From: Candidatus Woesebacteria bacterium RBG_16_42_24 | GTDB lineage: Bacteria > Patescibacteriota > Microgenomatia > UBA8517 | Assembly: GCA_001792115.1 (NCBI GenBank) | Contig: MGFX01000007.1 | Coordinates: 5,265-69,264, forward strand | Direction of reading: 5' to 3' | DNA length: 64,000 nt | In this document: positions 28,600 to 37,297 of the stretch, piece after piece | How the letters are laid out: each line of letters begins with the position of its first letter | How positions within the stretch are numbered: position 1 is the stretch's first letter | Position numbers and translations under genes: made by a program | The notes under the pieces: model-generated | Seen by the model: the letters and a program-made list of their open reading frames with translations, nothing else | What the model was told of the DNA's origin: nothing | Databases searched by the model: none

Positions 28600-29664
28600 G
28601 TGAATAAATTCAAAATTGAACACTGGGTCTATAAAAATATTCTCAGGCCATATTTGTTTGCTATTGATTCCGAAAAAATCCACGACCAAATGATTAGGTT
28701 TGGGGAACTCACGGAAAATGCAGGCTGGTTTTTAGAAGCCCAATACTCATATAAAAGCGATAGGTTAAAAAGGTCGTTTTTAGATGTAGATTTTGAGAAT
28801 CCAGTGGGGCTTGCTGCCGGGTTTGACTACGATGGACATTTAGCCAAAACAATGAAACATCTCGGGTTTGGATTTAATACCATTGGCACAGTTACGGCTA
28901 AGCCTTACGGAGGTAACCAGAAGCCTAGGTTGCTAAGACTTGTGAAGTCTCGAGCGATTCTTGTAAACAAAGGCTTCAAGTCAGAAGGTGCGACCAAAGT
29001 GGCAAAAAGGCTAGACGCAAAAAATCTTCAAGGACACACTGTCGGAATCAGTGTCGGAAGCTCAAACATTCCAGAAGTGAACACAATTGACAAAGCGATC
29101 AATGACTATGTCTTTACTTTCAATGTTTTTAAAAACAAGCCTTACGTTAAATATTTTGAACTTAATATCAGTTGTCCTAACACAGCGATGACTGAGTCAT
29201 TTACTACACCACAAAATTTTGAAAAGTTGGTATCCGCCGTAAGTAAGCTGAATTTGAAGCAACCAATCTTTGTGAAAATGCCAAACGAAATAGTCAGTAA
29301 AGAAGCAGAAAGCTTAGTAAGAATTGGTTTGAGGTATAGAATAAATGGCTATATTTTCTCTAACCTTGTTAAGGATCGGGGAAATAAATACTTTGTAAAA
29401 AGCGAGATCGAAAAGATGGAAGGCTACAAAGGTAATTTTAGCGGGAAACCCTGCACGGAGAACTCTAACAAACTTCTGGCGCATGTTAAGACAAAGTTCG
29501 GTAATAAGGTTGTCCTGATTGGCCTTGGCGGAATTTTCAATGCGAAAGACGCAATCCAGATGTTTGAAAGTGGGGCCGATTTAGTACAACTTATAACAGG
29601 AATGATTTTTGAAGGACCTCAAATAGCAGGAGAGATAAATTATCAACTTTCTATTGGTAAGTAG
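28600..29664 (+). CDS. pyrD: Dihydroorotate dehydrogenase-like, class 2 (quinone-type) architecture
   Basis: N-terminal extension YKNILRPYLFAIDSEKIHD, ENPVGLAAGFDYDG, GFGFNTIGTVTAKPYGGNQKPRL, NISCPNT, and C-terminal LGGIFNAKDA...GADLVQLITGMIFEGPQI all match class-2 PyrD blocks. Confidence 0.7.
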   Translation: MNKFKIEHWVYKNILRPYLFAIDSEKIHDQMIRFGELTENAGWFLEAQYSYKSDRLKRSFLDVDFENPVGLAAGFDYDGHLAKTMKHLGFGFNTIGTVTAKPYGGNQKPRLLRLVKSRAILVNKGFKSEGATKVAKRLDAKNLQGHTVGISVGSSNIPEVNTIDKAINDYVFTFNVFKNKPYVKYFELNISCPNTAMTESFTTPQNFEKLVSAVSKLNLKQPIFVKMPNEIVSKEAESLVRIGLRYRINGYIFSNLVKDRGNKYFVKSEIEKMEGYKGNFSGKPCTENSNKLLAHVKTKFGNKVVLIGLGGIFNAKDAIQMFESGADLVQLITGMIFEGPQIAGEINYQLSIGK

Positions 29665-29665
29665 A

Positions 29666-29929
29666 GGGAGTGTGTTTAATATATTTTACGTTGGCACGCA
29701 CGGGCAGGGCTTGCACTAAAAAATTTCCGGAGGAATTTTTCAGCGTGAAGGGCAAAGACAATTTGTTCCTGTCTTAACGCGCGCGCAAAAAATCCTTCGA
29801 TTTCACTCAGGATAAATAGCGGAGGCGAGGCCACATTCGGCTTAGCTCAGTGTAAACTTGGCCGAGCCGGCGAAGTCCTGAGCGAAGTCGAGGGGAGCGA
29901 AGCGGTTCGAACTTTTTCAAAAACGAGCT
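29666..29929. repeat. Intergenic repeat element, copy 2 (~265 bp; carries extra internal segments relative to copy 1)
   Basis: Shares the blocks listed for copy 1. It also carries an internal imperfect inverted pair (ccttcgatttcactcagga ... tcctgagcgaagtcgagg) separated by ~60 nt. Confidence 0.7.
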
Positions 29930-29958
29930 CAAGTTATTAGTTGTGCTAAGCTAGGATT

Positions 29959-30678
29959 ATGAAGTTTAAGCTTGTTGATAAGAAGGCAGAGGCGAAGGGG
30001 ACGAAGTCTTTCTTTTGGGAACCTGACAAAAGGTTTGAATTCTTACCCGGACAGTATCTTTATTACACTCTTCCAAAGCTTGAGTTTCCGGATCCAAGAG
30101 GCGCTACGCGGCACTTTACTATTTCAGCCTCACCTACGGAATCTCCCCCCGTCAGGTTGACTACTAGGATTCGTGAGGAGTCTGGTTACAAAAAAACTTT
30201 AGATTCGCTACCAATTGGCAGTTTTGTTGAAGCAGAAGGCCCTGACGGAACTTTTATTTTAGATACTGGCGATGCGGGACCCCATATCTTTATTGCGGGA
30301 GGAATCGGCATTACTCCTTTCAGAAGCATGATTAAGTTTGTCCTTGACAAAAATCTGGGTTACGAGATGCATTTAATTTATTCAAACTCTCTTCCCGAGG
30401 AAATTGCTTTTAGAGAAGAGTTTGACCATTACGCTGACCTTATTCCCAATTTTAAGATTACCTCAACTGTGACTAAGAAAGACGAAATAAAAACGCCCTG
30501 GGTTGGACTGACCGGGAGAATTGATGTCAACTTAATTTCGAAGGTTGCAAGCTCTTACCAAAATCCCACATTTTGGGTTTGCGGTCCACCTCCGATGGTC
30601 GATGCGATAGAGAAAGCTCTTTCCGAGCTCAAAATCTCTTCGAGCCAAATAAGGACAGAAAAATTCACGGGTTATTAG
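29959..30678 (+). CDS. FAD/NAD(P)-binding ferredoxin-NADP reductase-like oxidoreductase
   Basis: RHFTIS (RxYS flavin motif), GGIGITPF, and a C-terminal VCGPPPM NAD-binding motif. No Cys cluster for a 2Fe-2S centre. Confidence 0.7.
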   Translation: MKFKLVDKKAEAKGTKSFFWEPDKRFEFLPGQYLYYTLPKLEFPDPRGATRHFTISASPTESPPVRLTTRIREESGYKKTLDSLPIGSFVEAEGPDGTFILDTGDAGPHIFIAGGIGITPFRSMIKFVLDKNLGYEMHLIYSNSLPEEIAFREEFDHYADLIPNFKITSTVTKKDEIKTPWVGLTGRIDVNLISKVASSYQNPTFWVCGPPPMVDAIEKALSELKISSSQIRTEKFTGY

Positions 30679-30716
30679 CTTCAGATGTCTTCGCAATGAT
30701 ATAATTCCAATTGATC

Positions 30717-30788
30717 GCCGATGTAGCTCAATGGCAGAGCAGTCCCTTCGTAAGGGAAAGGTTAGGGGTTCAAGTCCTCTCATCGGCT
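30717..30788 (+). tRNA. tRNA-Thr (anticodon CGT)
   Basis: Acceptor GCCGATG/CATCGGC, D-arm GCTC-AATGGCA-GAGC, anticodon loop TTCGTAA, T-arm AGGGG-TTCAAGT-CCTCT. Confidence 0.85.
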
Positions 30789-30794
30789 CCCTAA

Positions 30795-31510
30795 ATATGA
30801 GAAATTATTCCAGACTTGTGAGATTCGAGGAAAGGAGAAACCTAAGAAGTGCGGTACTATTGGGACTGTTAACTTTGGGGCTCATTCTATTTTTTATATT
30901 TTTTGGCCTACCTCTCATGGCTAAATTTGCGGGGTTCTTGGCAGATTTGAGAAAAACATCTACACCTGTCGAGAGTGCCGACACAACTCCTCCTGCACCC
31001 CCAAGACTTGATACACTGCCAGAGGCTACAAATAAGCTAAGTATAAATATAACTGGGTCGACCGAACCTGGTGCCACAGTTATTCTTAGTTTAAATACTA
31101 AAGAGGAAGAGATTCTAGCCAACTCCGAAGGCGAATTTACCTTTAATTTTGAACTACTTAATGGAGAAAACTCCATCTTGGCGAAGGCACGAGACGACGC
31201 CGGCAACGAAAGTCAAAAGACCCAAACAGTCAAAATTATTTTCGACGATGAAGCTCCAAGTTTAGAAATCACCGCTCCTCCCGATGGAGCTTCTTTTTTC
31301 GGCTCAAAGCAAAGGCAAATAGTCGTTGAAGGGAAGACCGAAGAAGGAACCTCCCTTACTATAAATGACCGTTTTGTTTTGGTTGAAAACGACGGAACGT
31401 TCGCCTTTACAACCACTCTCGGAGAGGGAGAAAATTCTTTCAATCTTAAGGCTAAAGACAAGGCTGAAAATTTAACTGAAAAAACTATTAAAGTATCCTT
31501 TACTCCTTAA
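30795..31510 (+). CDS. Membrane-anchored surface protein with two Ig-like (BIG-type) repeats
   Basis: Start moved downstream of the tRNA (MRNYSRL...). TM helix, then two ~70-aa repeats (GATVILSLN...NSILAKARDDAGNES and GTSLTINDRF...NSFNLKAKDKAENLTE). Confidence 0.5.
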
Positions 31511-32663
31511 GGATTGCCAAAATAGCCATAAAACCCAGCACCCAGGGGTAAAAAAGGGAATTAACAAAGAAAGAATGGATAATAAGGGCGGCCGAGCTTC
31601 CAAGAAAAGCCGTTGAGTAAAGATTCCGTCCAGAACCCTTTAATAGGTCGTAAGCAAATTTAATGAACGCCAAGGTTCCTAATACCCCAGTAGTGGCAAA
31701 AATTAGAAGGAGGCTTGAATCCGAACCGCTGCAGGCGTGTGAGGTTGTTTCTCTATCTCCCAGATATTTTTCTCTTGCCAAGCACATATTGTTAAATCCA
31801 ACGCCAAAAAGGGGTACTTCCTTGATAATATTCAGCGTTTGCCCATAATTGGTTAGCTTTGCATAGATACTATGAGTTCTTTCTAGCATTACTCCGTAAC
31901 CTGCGGGGCGCGGTAAAAAAAGCGTCAACGCCAATAAAAACAAGGAAGTAATTAAAAGTGGCCGAAAATTGCCTTTCATTTTGGAGATTACATAGACACC
32001 GCCTAAAAGCGCAACATATGCCGCCCTCGCGTACGTAAAAGTCACGCTTAGCAAAAGCAGCATTGAAAGCAGCAAAAAGATTTTCTTCTTTTCCTCAATA
32101 AACTTAACTGCCGCAAGCAAAAATCCAAAAACCAAAATAATACTAGTAAAACCGGGGTCCAAAAATGTACCGATTAATCGGTACAAATGGTCGTCCCAAC
32201 CGATATAAAATAGACTTCTTAGGTCGGGGAATCGAAAATACTGAATCCACCCGAAGATTGCTGAAATAGCCGCAACTGCAATTAGCAAATTGTATATAGT
32301 ATTTTTTGCTTCTTTGCCCTTTACCACATTAAAAAGAGCTACGAAGAAAAACAGATATGAAATAAGTCTAAGTAGATAAAACGCCCCTTTAATAACCTGT
32401 GCGACACCAAAAACTGAGGTAGAGAAAAGCAAAGAAAACACGGCCACTGTTAAAAAAGAAGTCATACTTTTGTAAAATTGGGGTTTACTAAATGGTCCGG
32501 AAATTGTGGTTAGAAAGATTAAAACAATCACTACATCGATGGGGTGAATTGTGATATTTGTGCCAAAGAACACTACTTCACTTCTAATAAGTTGTCCAAA
32601 GGGGAAAAGTATCAAAAAAAGAAGTGTAAACGCCTTAATTATCTTTGATTTTGTCTTATCCAT
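31500..32663 (-). CDS. O-antigen ligase/polymerase-like polytopic membrane protein
   Basis: 387 aa with ~10 TM helices and a large periplasmic loop. Its position among GT2 and flippase genes supports a Wzy/WaaL-like role. Confidence 0.45.
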   Translation of the reverse strand: MDKTKSKIIKAFTLLFLILFPFGQLIRSEVVFFGTNITIHPIDVVIVLIFLTTISGPFSKPQFYKSMTSFLTVAVFSLLFSTSVFGVAQVIKGAFYLLRLISYLFFFVALFNVVKGKEAKNTIYNLLIAVAAISAIFGWIQYFRFPDLRSLFYIGWDDHLYRLIGTFLDPGFTSIILVFGFLLAAVKFIEEKKKIFLLLSMLLLLSVTFTYARAAYVALLGGVYVISKMKGNFRPLLITSLFLLALTLFLPRPAGYGVMLERTHSIYAKLTNYGQTLNIIKEVPLFGVGFNNMCLAREKYLGDRETTSHACSGSDSSLLLIFATTGVLGTLAFIKFAYDLLKGSGRNLYSTAFLGSSAALIIHSFFVNSLFYPWVLGFMAILAILKE

Positions 32664-33385
32664 TGTTTGCTCCAGGCCAGGAACGAGTGGAAACTCATCA
32701 AAATTGCGATAACAAATCCGTAAACCCCGTCTAATATTCCCAACCTTAATAAGGTATCCCGGAAAAATTTTAGCTTCGGCCAGAGAATAATTTTAGCCAG
32801 GCTTGAGTGTTTTCCTTCCCCCATATTTTCTTCGGCGTGAAGTGTTGAATAAAAATTAACTTCGTCAATAAATTTAGATAGGTTCTGGTGCGGATAATGA
32901 ACGACGGGATTTATGAGAGTCTGTTTATAACCCCCGACTTCCCAAAACTCGTGAACTTTTCTCTTCCAGTCTCCCGTACCTTTTCTAACAACTCTCAGAA
33001 GTTTTATATTCGAGTTTTCTCCGAAGCGAAATCTCTTTCCCCAAATAATGTCGACACGTTTTATATAGTAGGCTTTTATTTGAGATGGCTTACTAATTTC
33101 TGCAACAATCTCTTGGCGCAACTTTTCCGATATTCTTTCGTCGCAGTCGAGAAACAAAACCCACTCTCCTTTAGCTTTTTCTAAGCCAAAATTCCTTTGG
33201 CCTGCGAAGTTATCTTCGAGGCTCCTCGTAAAAACTTTTGCACCAAGACTTAAGGCAATTTCAACCGTCTTATCGGTGGAATTATCATCAATAACTATGA
33301 CTTCATCACAAAAATCTACACTCTTTATGGCATCTCCAATATTTTTCTCTTCGTCTTTAGCCAAAATAACAGCTGAAATTCTCAT
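32639..33385 (-). CDS. Family 2 glycosyltransferase
   Basis: ISAVILAKDEEKNI...VIVIDDNSTDKT...LFLDCDE (DxD) motifs. Start at the internal MRISAVI. Confidence 0.8.
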   Translation of the reverse strand: MRISAVILAKDEEKNIGDAIKSVDFCDEVIVIDDNSTDKTVEIALSLGAKVFTRSLEDNFAGQRNFGLEKAKGEWVLFLDCDERISEKLRQEIVAEISKPSQIKAYYIKRVDIIWGKRFRFGENSNIKLLRVVRKGTGDWKRKVHEFWEVGGYKQTLINPVVHYPHQNLSKFIDEVNFYSTLHAEENMGEGKHSSLAKIILWPKLKFFRDTLLRLGILDGVYGFVIAILMSFHSFLAWSKQWIRQNQR

Positions 33386-33491
33386 AACAGTTTCAAGGAT
33401 ACCACGGATCACACAATCCGTGGAGGAATTGAACCTGATATATAATCCTCGCTCAGGCGTGAAACCGACGAGTTTGACTCGGCGGAGGATT

Positions 33492-34718
33492 TTATTTAAC
33501 TTCCTCCAAAGACTTTCTTAGGGCGTAAATAGCAGCGGGAATTGCGACAATTGCCCCAATTAGAGCCGAAATTCCGGCTCCGACAATGCCGTAGGCTCTT
33601 ACCAAAGGTAAAATACTGACTCCCAAGCCTAATATTCCAACGAAGGTTATTAGTGTGACATATTTCTGTTTACCTAAGGATAAAAGCACTGCAAAAACAG
33701 TATTTGATATTGCCTTAATTACACCAAAAATCGCCAAAACTTTTAGCACGGAAGCTGCTTCTAACCAGTTAGAACCCAGAGTCACATTAATTATTTCGCG
33801 CGGAAAAAGAAAAAGTAAAGCTCCAAATGGAATTACTAAAAGACAAACCCCCCCCAGTGTCTTAAAAAATGCCTGGGTCAATCTTTTTTTCTCCCCTGAG
33901 ATTTTTACATAGACTGGGAATGTGACCTTCCCAACTACGTCTGAAACTTCGGTTATGGGAAGGGTCGAGATTCTATAGGCAACCTGATAAATTCCCAAAG
34001 GGTAAGTCCCCAAAATTCGACCTACAACGATATCGTCACCGTGTTGAAAGAAATAATTGAAAATTCCGGCACCTGTCAACCACTTACCCCTATTGACTAT
34101 CTCTTGCAATTTTTCCTTCTCAAAAGTAACTCTGGGCCTGGGTTTAACAATGATATACGATAGGATTACTTCAAGAATGGCTCCGGCGATTAAACCATAG
34201 ATTATACTCGCCGCGGAATGTGTTATAAGAGCGGCTGATACGGCAACCAGAGTATCGAAAATAAATATCGATAGTCTAAAAGTAAATTCCCTTTTGAACT
34301 TAAGTTCCTTGACAAGCTTAACCACCGAAGGGTTAATAAATCCCCGAATAATCGGAACAACCGCCATTAAGTATAGAAGCCGGTAAGCATCGGGAGACTT
34401 AAAGAACACAACTATTACGGGTGAGGCTAACAAAATAACTATCGAAATAAGAAAACCCCGGGCAATAGAAAAAATCCAGGCTGTGTTGATATAGGTATCC
34501 ATGTTTTTCTTCTCCTGCATTAGAACCACATTTACACCCGTTTCTGTTAAAATCTCAAGAAGTTCTAAAACTAAAGAAGCTATTCCAAAGAGTCCGAATT
34601 GAGCAGGAATAAGAACTCTCGCAAGAATCGCTGTCTTAGCAAAGGCAATTGCTCGCGAGATGGCCTTGAGTCCACCAAGCCAGGAAACCCCTTTTACAAT
34701 GTCTCTTAAATACCCCAT
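33492..34718 (-). CDS. Polysaccharide flippase (Wzx/MOP superfamily)
   Basis: ~12 TM helices; N-terminal LGGLKAISRAIAFAKTAILARVLIPAQFGLFG is typical of Wzx-like polysaccharide biosynthesis proteins. Its start overlaps the upstream stop as TAATG. Confidence 0.7.
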   Translation of the reverse strand: MGYLRDIVKGVSWLGGLKAISRAIAFAKTAILARVLIPAQFGLFGIASLVLELLEILTETGVNVVLMQEKKNMDTYINTAWIFSIARGFLISIVILLASPVIVVFFKSPDAYRLLYLMAVVPIIRGFINPSVVKLVKELKFKREFTFRLSIFIFDTLVAVSAALITHSAASIIYGLIAGAILEVILSYIIVKPRPRVTFEKEKLQEIVNRGKWLTGAGIFNYFFQHGDDIVVGRILGTYPLGIYQVAYRISTLPITEVSDVVGKVTFPVYVKISGEKKRLTQAFFKTLGGVCLLVIPFGALLFLFPREIINVTLGSNWLEAASVLKVLAIFGVIKAISNTVFAVLLSLGKQKYVTLITFVGILGLGVSILPLVRAYGIVGAGISALIGAIVAIPAAIYALRKSLEEVK

Positions 34719-35668
34719 TATTTTCCTATTATACCTTTCAAAAACCCTGCCATTACGGCAAAATCCGATGAAATTTGAATCACCGGTCCCCAAATACTAA
34801 TCTCCCAATCTTTAAATTCTAAATTGACCTTCTTATAAGCCCACAGAAGGTAAAGTATGACAAGTATCAAAAGTATGACGGGGAGTGAAGGGTTTGCAAA
34901 AGATAAAATTAATATTAAACAACCAAATATATATCGCCCGAAGATTGAAAGAACATGGATATTGTGCGACGAAAGCTTTTGGGTTGGGTGCCACCAATTT
35001 CCGTATCGGGCGTCCCATCTGGCATAATCCTCCATAGTTTTTAACCCCTCCCTTAAAGTCCCCGGTGTCCCCCACTCCACTATCGCATCTTTCACGCGTG
35101 AATACTTTAGCCCCAGCTTAATTGCCTTTGTGTTGAATTCCGAATCTTCAGCCGAATTCTCCTCCCTTTCCGGGAATCCCCCAACAGTCTCCCAAGCTTC
35201 TTTTCTAAAAGCCATCGACCTTGCCGTGGGTAGAAAATCTTTGTCGAATTTTGAGGCAGGAAATCCAAGAAAGCAGCCTAAAGCTTTTTGCATAGGGCTC
35301 TCCCCTATCATCTCGTATAATCCAGCAACAATATCTACGTCTGGGTCGTTAAAAGGTGCTGTAATCTTTTCCAACCAATCCTTTTTAGCAATACAACCAG
35401 CGTCGGTCATAGCTATTATCTCGCTATCGGCAATTTCAACGGCCAAATTTCTGCCTCTTGCCCTTAAACAATTCTCAAGGAGAAGCTTAATTCTCCCATC
35501 TTTCTTTTGATAATGTTTCAGAATCTCAATAGTTTTATCCCTAGATCCCCCGTCAACCACCACTATTTCTTCTGTTCTTTTAGTTTGTCCTAGTAACGAA
35601 TCCAGAAGTGGACTTATTATTTTCTCTGCGTTTAAGACGGTTAAGCAAATTGACACCTTCATTGCCAA
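34718..35668 (-). CDS. Family 2 glycosyltransferase with C-terminal membrane anchor
   Basis: VSICLTVLNAEKII...VVVDGGSRDKT...AMTDAG GT2-A motifs and a hydrophobic C-terminus. Confidence 0.75.
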   Translation of the reverse strand: MAMKVSICLTVLNAEKIISPLLDSLLGQTKRTEEIVVVDGGSRDKTIEILKHYQKKDGRIKLLLENCLRARGRNLAVEIADSEIIAMTDAGCIAKKDWLEKITAPFNDPDVDIVAGLYEMIGESPMQKALGCFLGFPASKFDKDFLPTARSMAFRKEAWETVGGFPEREENSAEDSEFNTKAIKLGLKYSRVKDAIVEWGTPGTLREGLKTMEDYARWDARYGNWWHPTQKLSSHNIHVLSIFGRYIFGCLILILSFANPSLPVILLILVILYLLWAYKKVNLEFKDWEISIWGPVIQISSDFAVMAGFLKGIIGK

Positions 35669-35739
35669 ATTATAACAATCTTTTAGGGCGGGGAGAACGT
35701 CATTGCACTTTTACGGCAGTCTAACTAAACTGAATTTAT

Positions 35740-36330
35740 ATGGCACAAACCCCCAAAGAGAAGGACCCTCCGATTGTCGATGTTAAGGTAAGAAACCCAA
35801 TAACCTACATCAAAAAGTGGTGGAAAAAGGTCATTGAGAATGAAGGAATATTTTTCAGTTTCCGGGTGCGTCCCCTCACGGCCATTGCGGTCGCTTTGGT
35901 TGTCACAAGCTTAACACTTGGGCTAGGTAAATTTGTATTGCCATTTACTATCCCATTTTTCCAATATAACCCCGAACCGGCTACGCCTCTCGTTCCTACC
36001 CCTGAGGTTTGGAAAGAAACCGCCTATACAGGGACTTTACGCTATTCGGAAGCAACAGGTAAATACTATTTGGTGACGACCGCATCTGAAGCAATCACCC
36101 TTCAAGTACCAGAAAACATAAAGCTTTCCCCTTATGTCGGAAGAAGAATTTTTGCAACTGGAAAGTATTACAAGGCAACACGTACATTAGTGGTAGCCAG
36201 CGCTAACGACACAGAACTTTTACCGTCAGCCTCCAACCCTATTCCTACAACATCTCCTACCCCGTCGCCATCTCCCACTCCCACTTTTGAGCCGGCCTCA
36301 GGTACCGACACAATCACACCGTCTCTTTAG
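35740..36330 (+). CDS. Hypothetical membrane-anchored protein with Pro/Thr/Ser-rich C-terminus
   Basis: TM helix at ~45-65; C-terminal PTTSPTPSPSPTPTFEP low-complexity tail. Confidence 0.4.
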   Translation: MAQTPKEKDPPIVDVKVRNPITYIKKWWKKVIENEGIFFSFRVRPLTAIAVALVVTSLTLGLGKFVLPFTIPFFQYNPEPATPLVPTPEVWKETAYTGTLRYSEATGKYYLVTTASEAITLQVPENIKLSPYVGRRIFATGKYYKATRTLVVASANDTELLPSASNPIPTTSPTPSPSPTPTFEPASGTDTITPSL

Positions 36331-36333
36331 CTC

Positions 36334-36990
36334 CTAAACGTATTCTTTCTTGGGAAGAAAATATTTTCTATAAAGTCGTCTTAAAATTGTCAAGCCTACT
36401 ATTAAAACAGCAAACCAATAAAACCACGAAAAGGGGGGCGTCCAGGCATCTGTTCCAGTGAAATAGGCGTGGACTGCGACGAAAAGGAATGCAACATAAT
36501 TGAGGATGTGCAAACTCCTCCACTTTTCTCTAAAAAAGGGTTTTGTTCGAAAATAACCAGCGGCAACTCCGACAGTAAGAAGTAAAAAAGCGAATCTGCC
36601 AAAGCTTATCCAAAGCTCTCTTCCTGTCAGTGACATCGGGAAAATTGTAAATAAAGGATTAAAAATGCCCAAATTAAAGTAGTTGAAAAGTGTATAGAGC
36701 ATTGGGTGGATAAGAATTAATCCGTATATAAAAAGCCCTTGGGTCGTATGAAACTTAAAGACCCAACCCCCTAATTTTTCTGTTAATAAAGTCATATATG
36801 AGCCCAGTATTATTTGCCAAAACAAGAGTATAAATGCGGCTAATCCCGTTAGTCTTTGGAAAAAGTTGGTAATTAAAGTTGGGTTATCGATGGAACCGGG
36901 AGGGGTAAGACTAAGGATTGTCAAAGGGGCAATTAGAAGTGTCACAAACCAGAGAAACAAAAAGAGGGGCTTTCCAACACCGATACTCAT
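36334..36990 (-). CDS. Ferric-reductase-like / YedZ(MsrQ)-like haem-binding membrane protein (tentative)
   Basis: ~6 TM helices with paired conserved His residues in TM helices (HTTQG...LILIHP and HILNY...FVAVHAY), the pattern of bis-haem ferric reductase domains. Confidence 0.35.
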   Translation of the reverse strand: MSIGVGKPLFLFLWFVTLLIAPLTILSLTPPGSIDNPTLITNFFQRLTGLAAFILLFWQIILGSYMTLLTEKLGGWVFKFHTTQGLFIYGLILIHPMLYTLFNYFNLGIFNPLFTIFPMSLTGRELWISFGRFAFLLLTVGVAAGYFRTKPFFREKWRSLHILNYVAFLFVAVHAYFTGTDAWTPPFSWFYWFAVLIVGLTILRRLYRKYFLPKKEYV

Positions 36991-37297
36991 CTATAAAAGT
37001 ATATCAAAAAAACTACTTGACTTTCAAAAGTGTCTTGTTAAGCTAAATGAGGTGTCATATCCTGAAAACCGGGCAGGCCAAGCCGGACAAATAGGCCGAA
37101 GTATAGGAGTTATTGAACCAGATCACCCTTCTTTTAAAGTTGATACCCCATTACAAACTGGAAGACCCGAGTGGATGGACAATAAAGTTTTAGCGGTTAA
37201 AGACGGAAAGACTATCGAAATTCCCATCGGTGTTTGGCTCAGAGATAATATTTCTCCTCATGCCCGCGGCACCTAAAAAAGTGCTATCATCTTGTAA

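Noticed and set aside
24910-29929. Interpreting the two long repeat copies as a riboswitch
   Set aside because: The internal hairpin cttgccct/agggcaag of copy 1 is disrupted in copy 2 (cttgcact ... gggcaaag) without compensatory change, so sequence-level evidence for a conserved RNA structure is lacking. Kept only as one hypothesis under the repeat finding.
30532-30783. 83-aa minus-strand ORF, and the long N-terminal extension of the 30731 ORF
   Set aside because: Both run through tRNA-Thr(CGT). The surface-protein start was moved downstream to 30795.
36866-37276. 136-aa plus-strand ORF overlapping the start of the 36334..36990 membrane-protein gene and extending through the 36991..37297 intergenic region
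   Set aside because: Its first half is antisense to a credible membrane protein and it has no RBS. The remaining intergenic part (37000..37297) may hold a promoter or a very small ORF (MDNKVLAVKDGKTIEIPIGVWLRDNISPHARGT) but nothing supportable.
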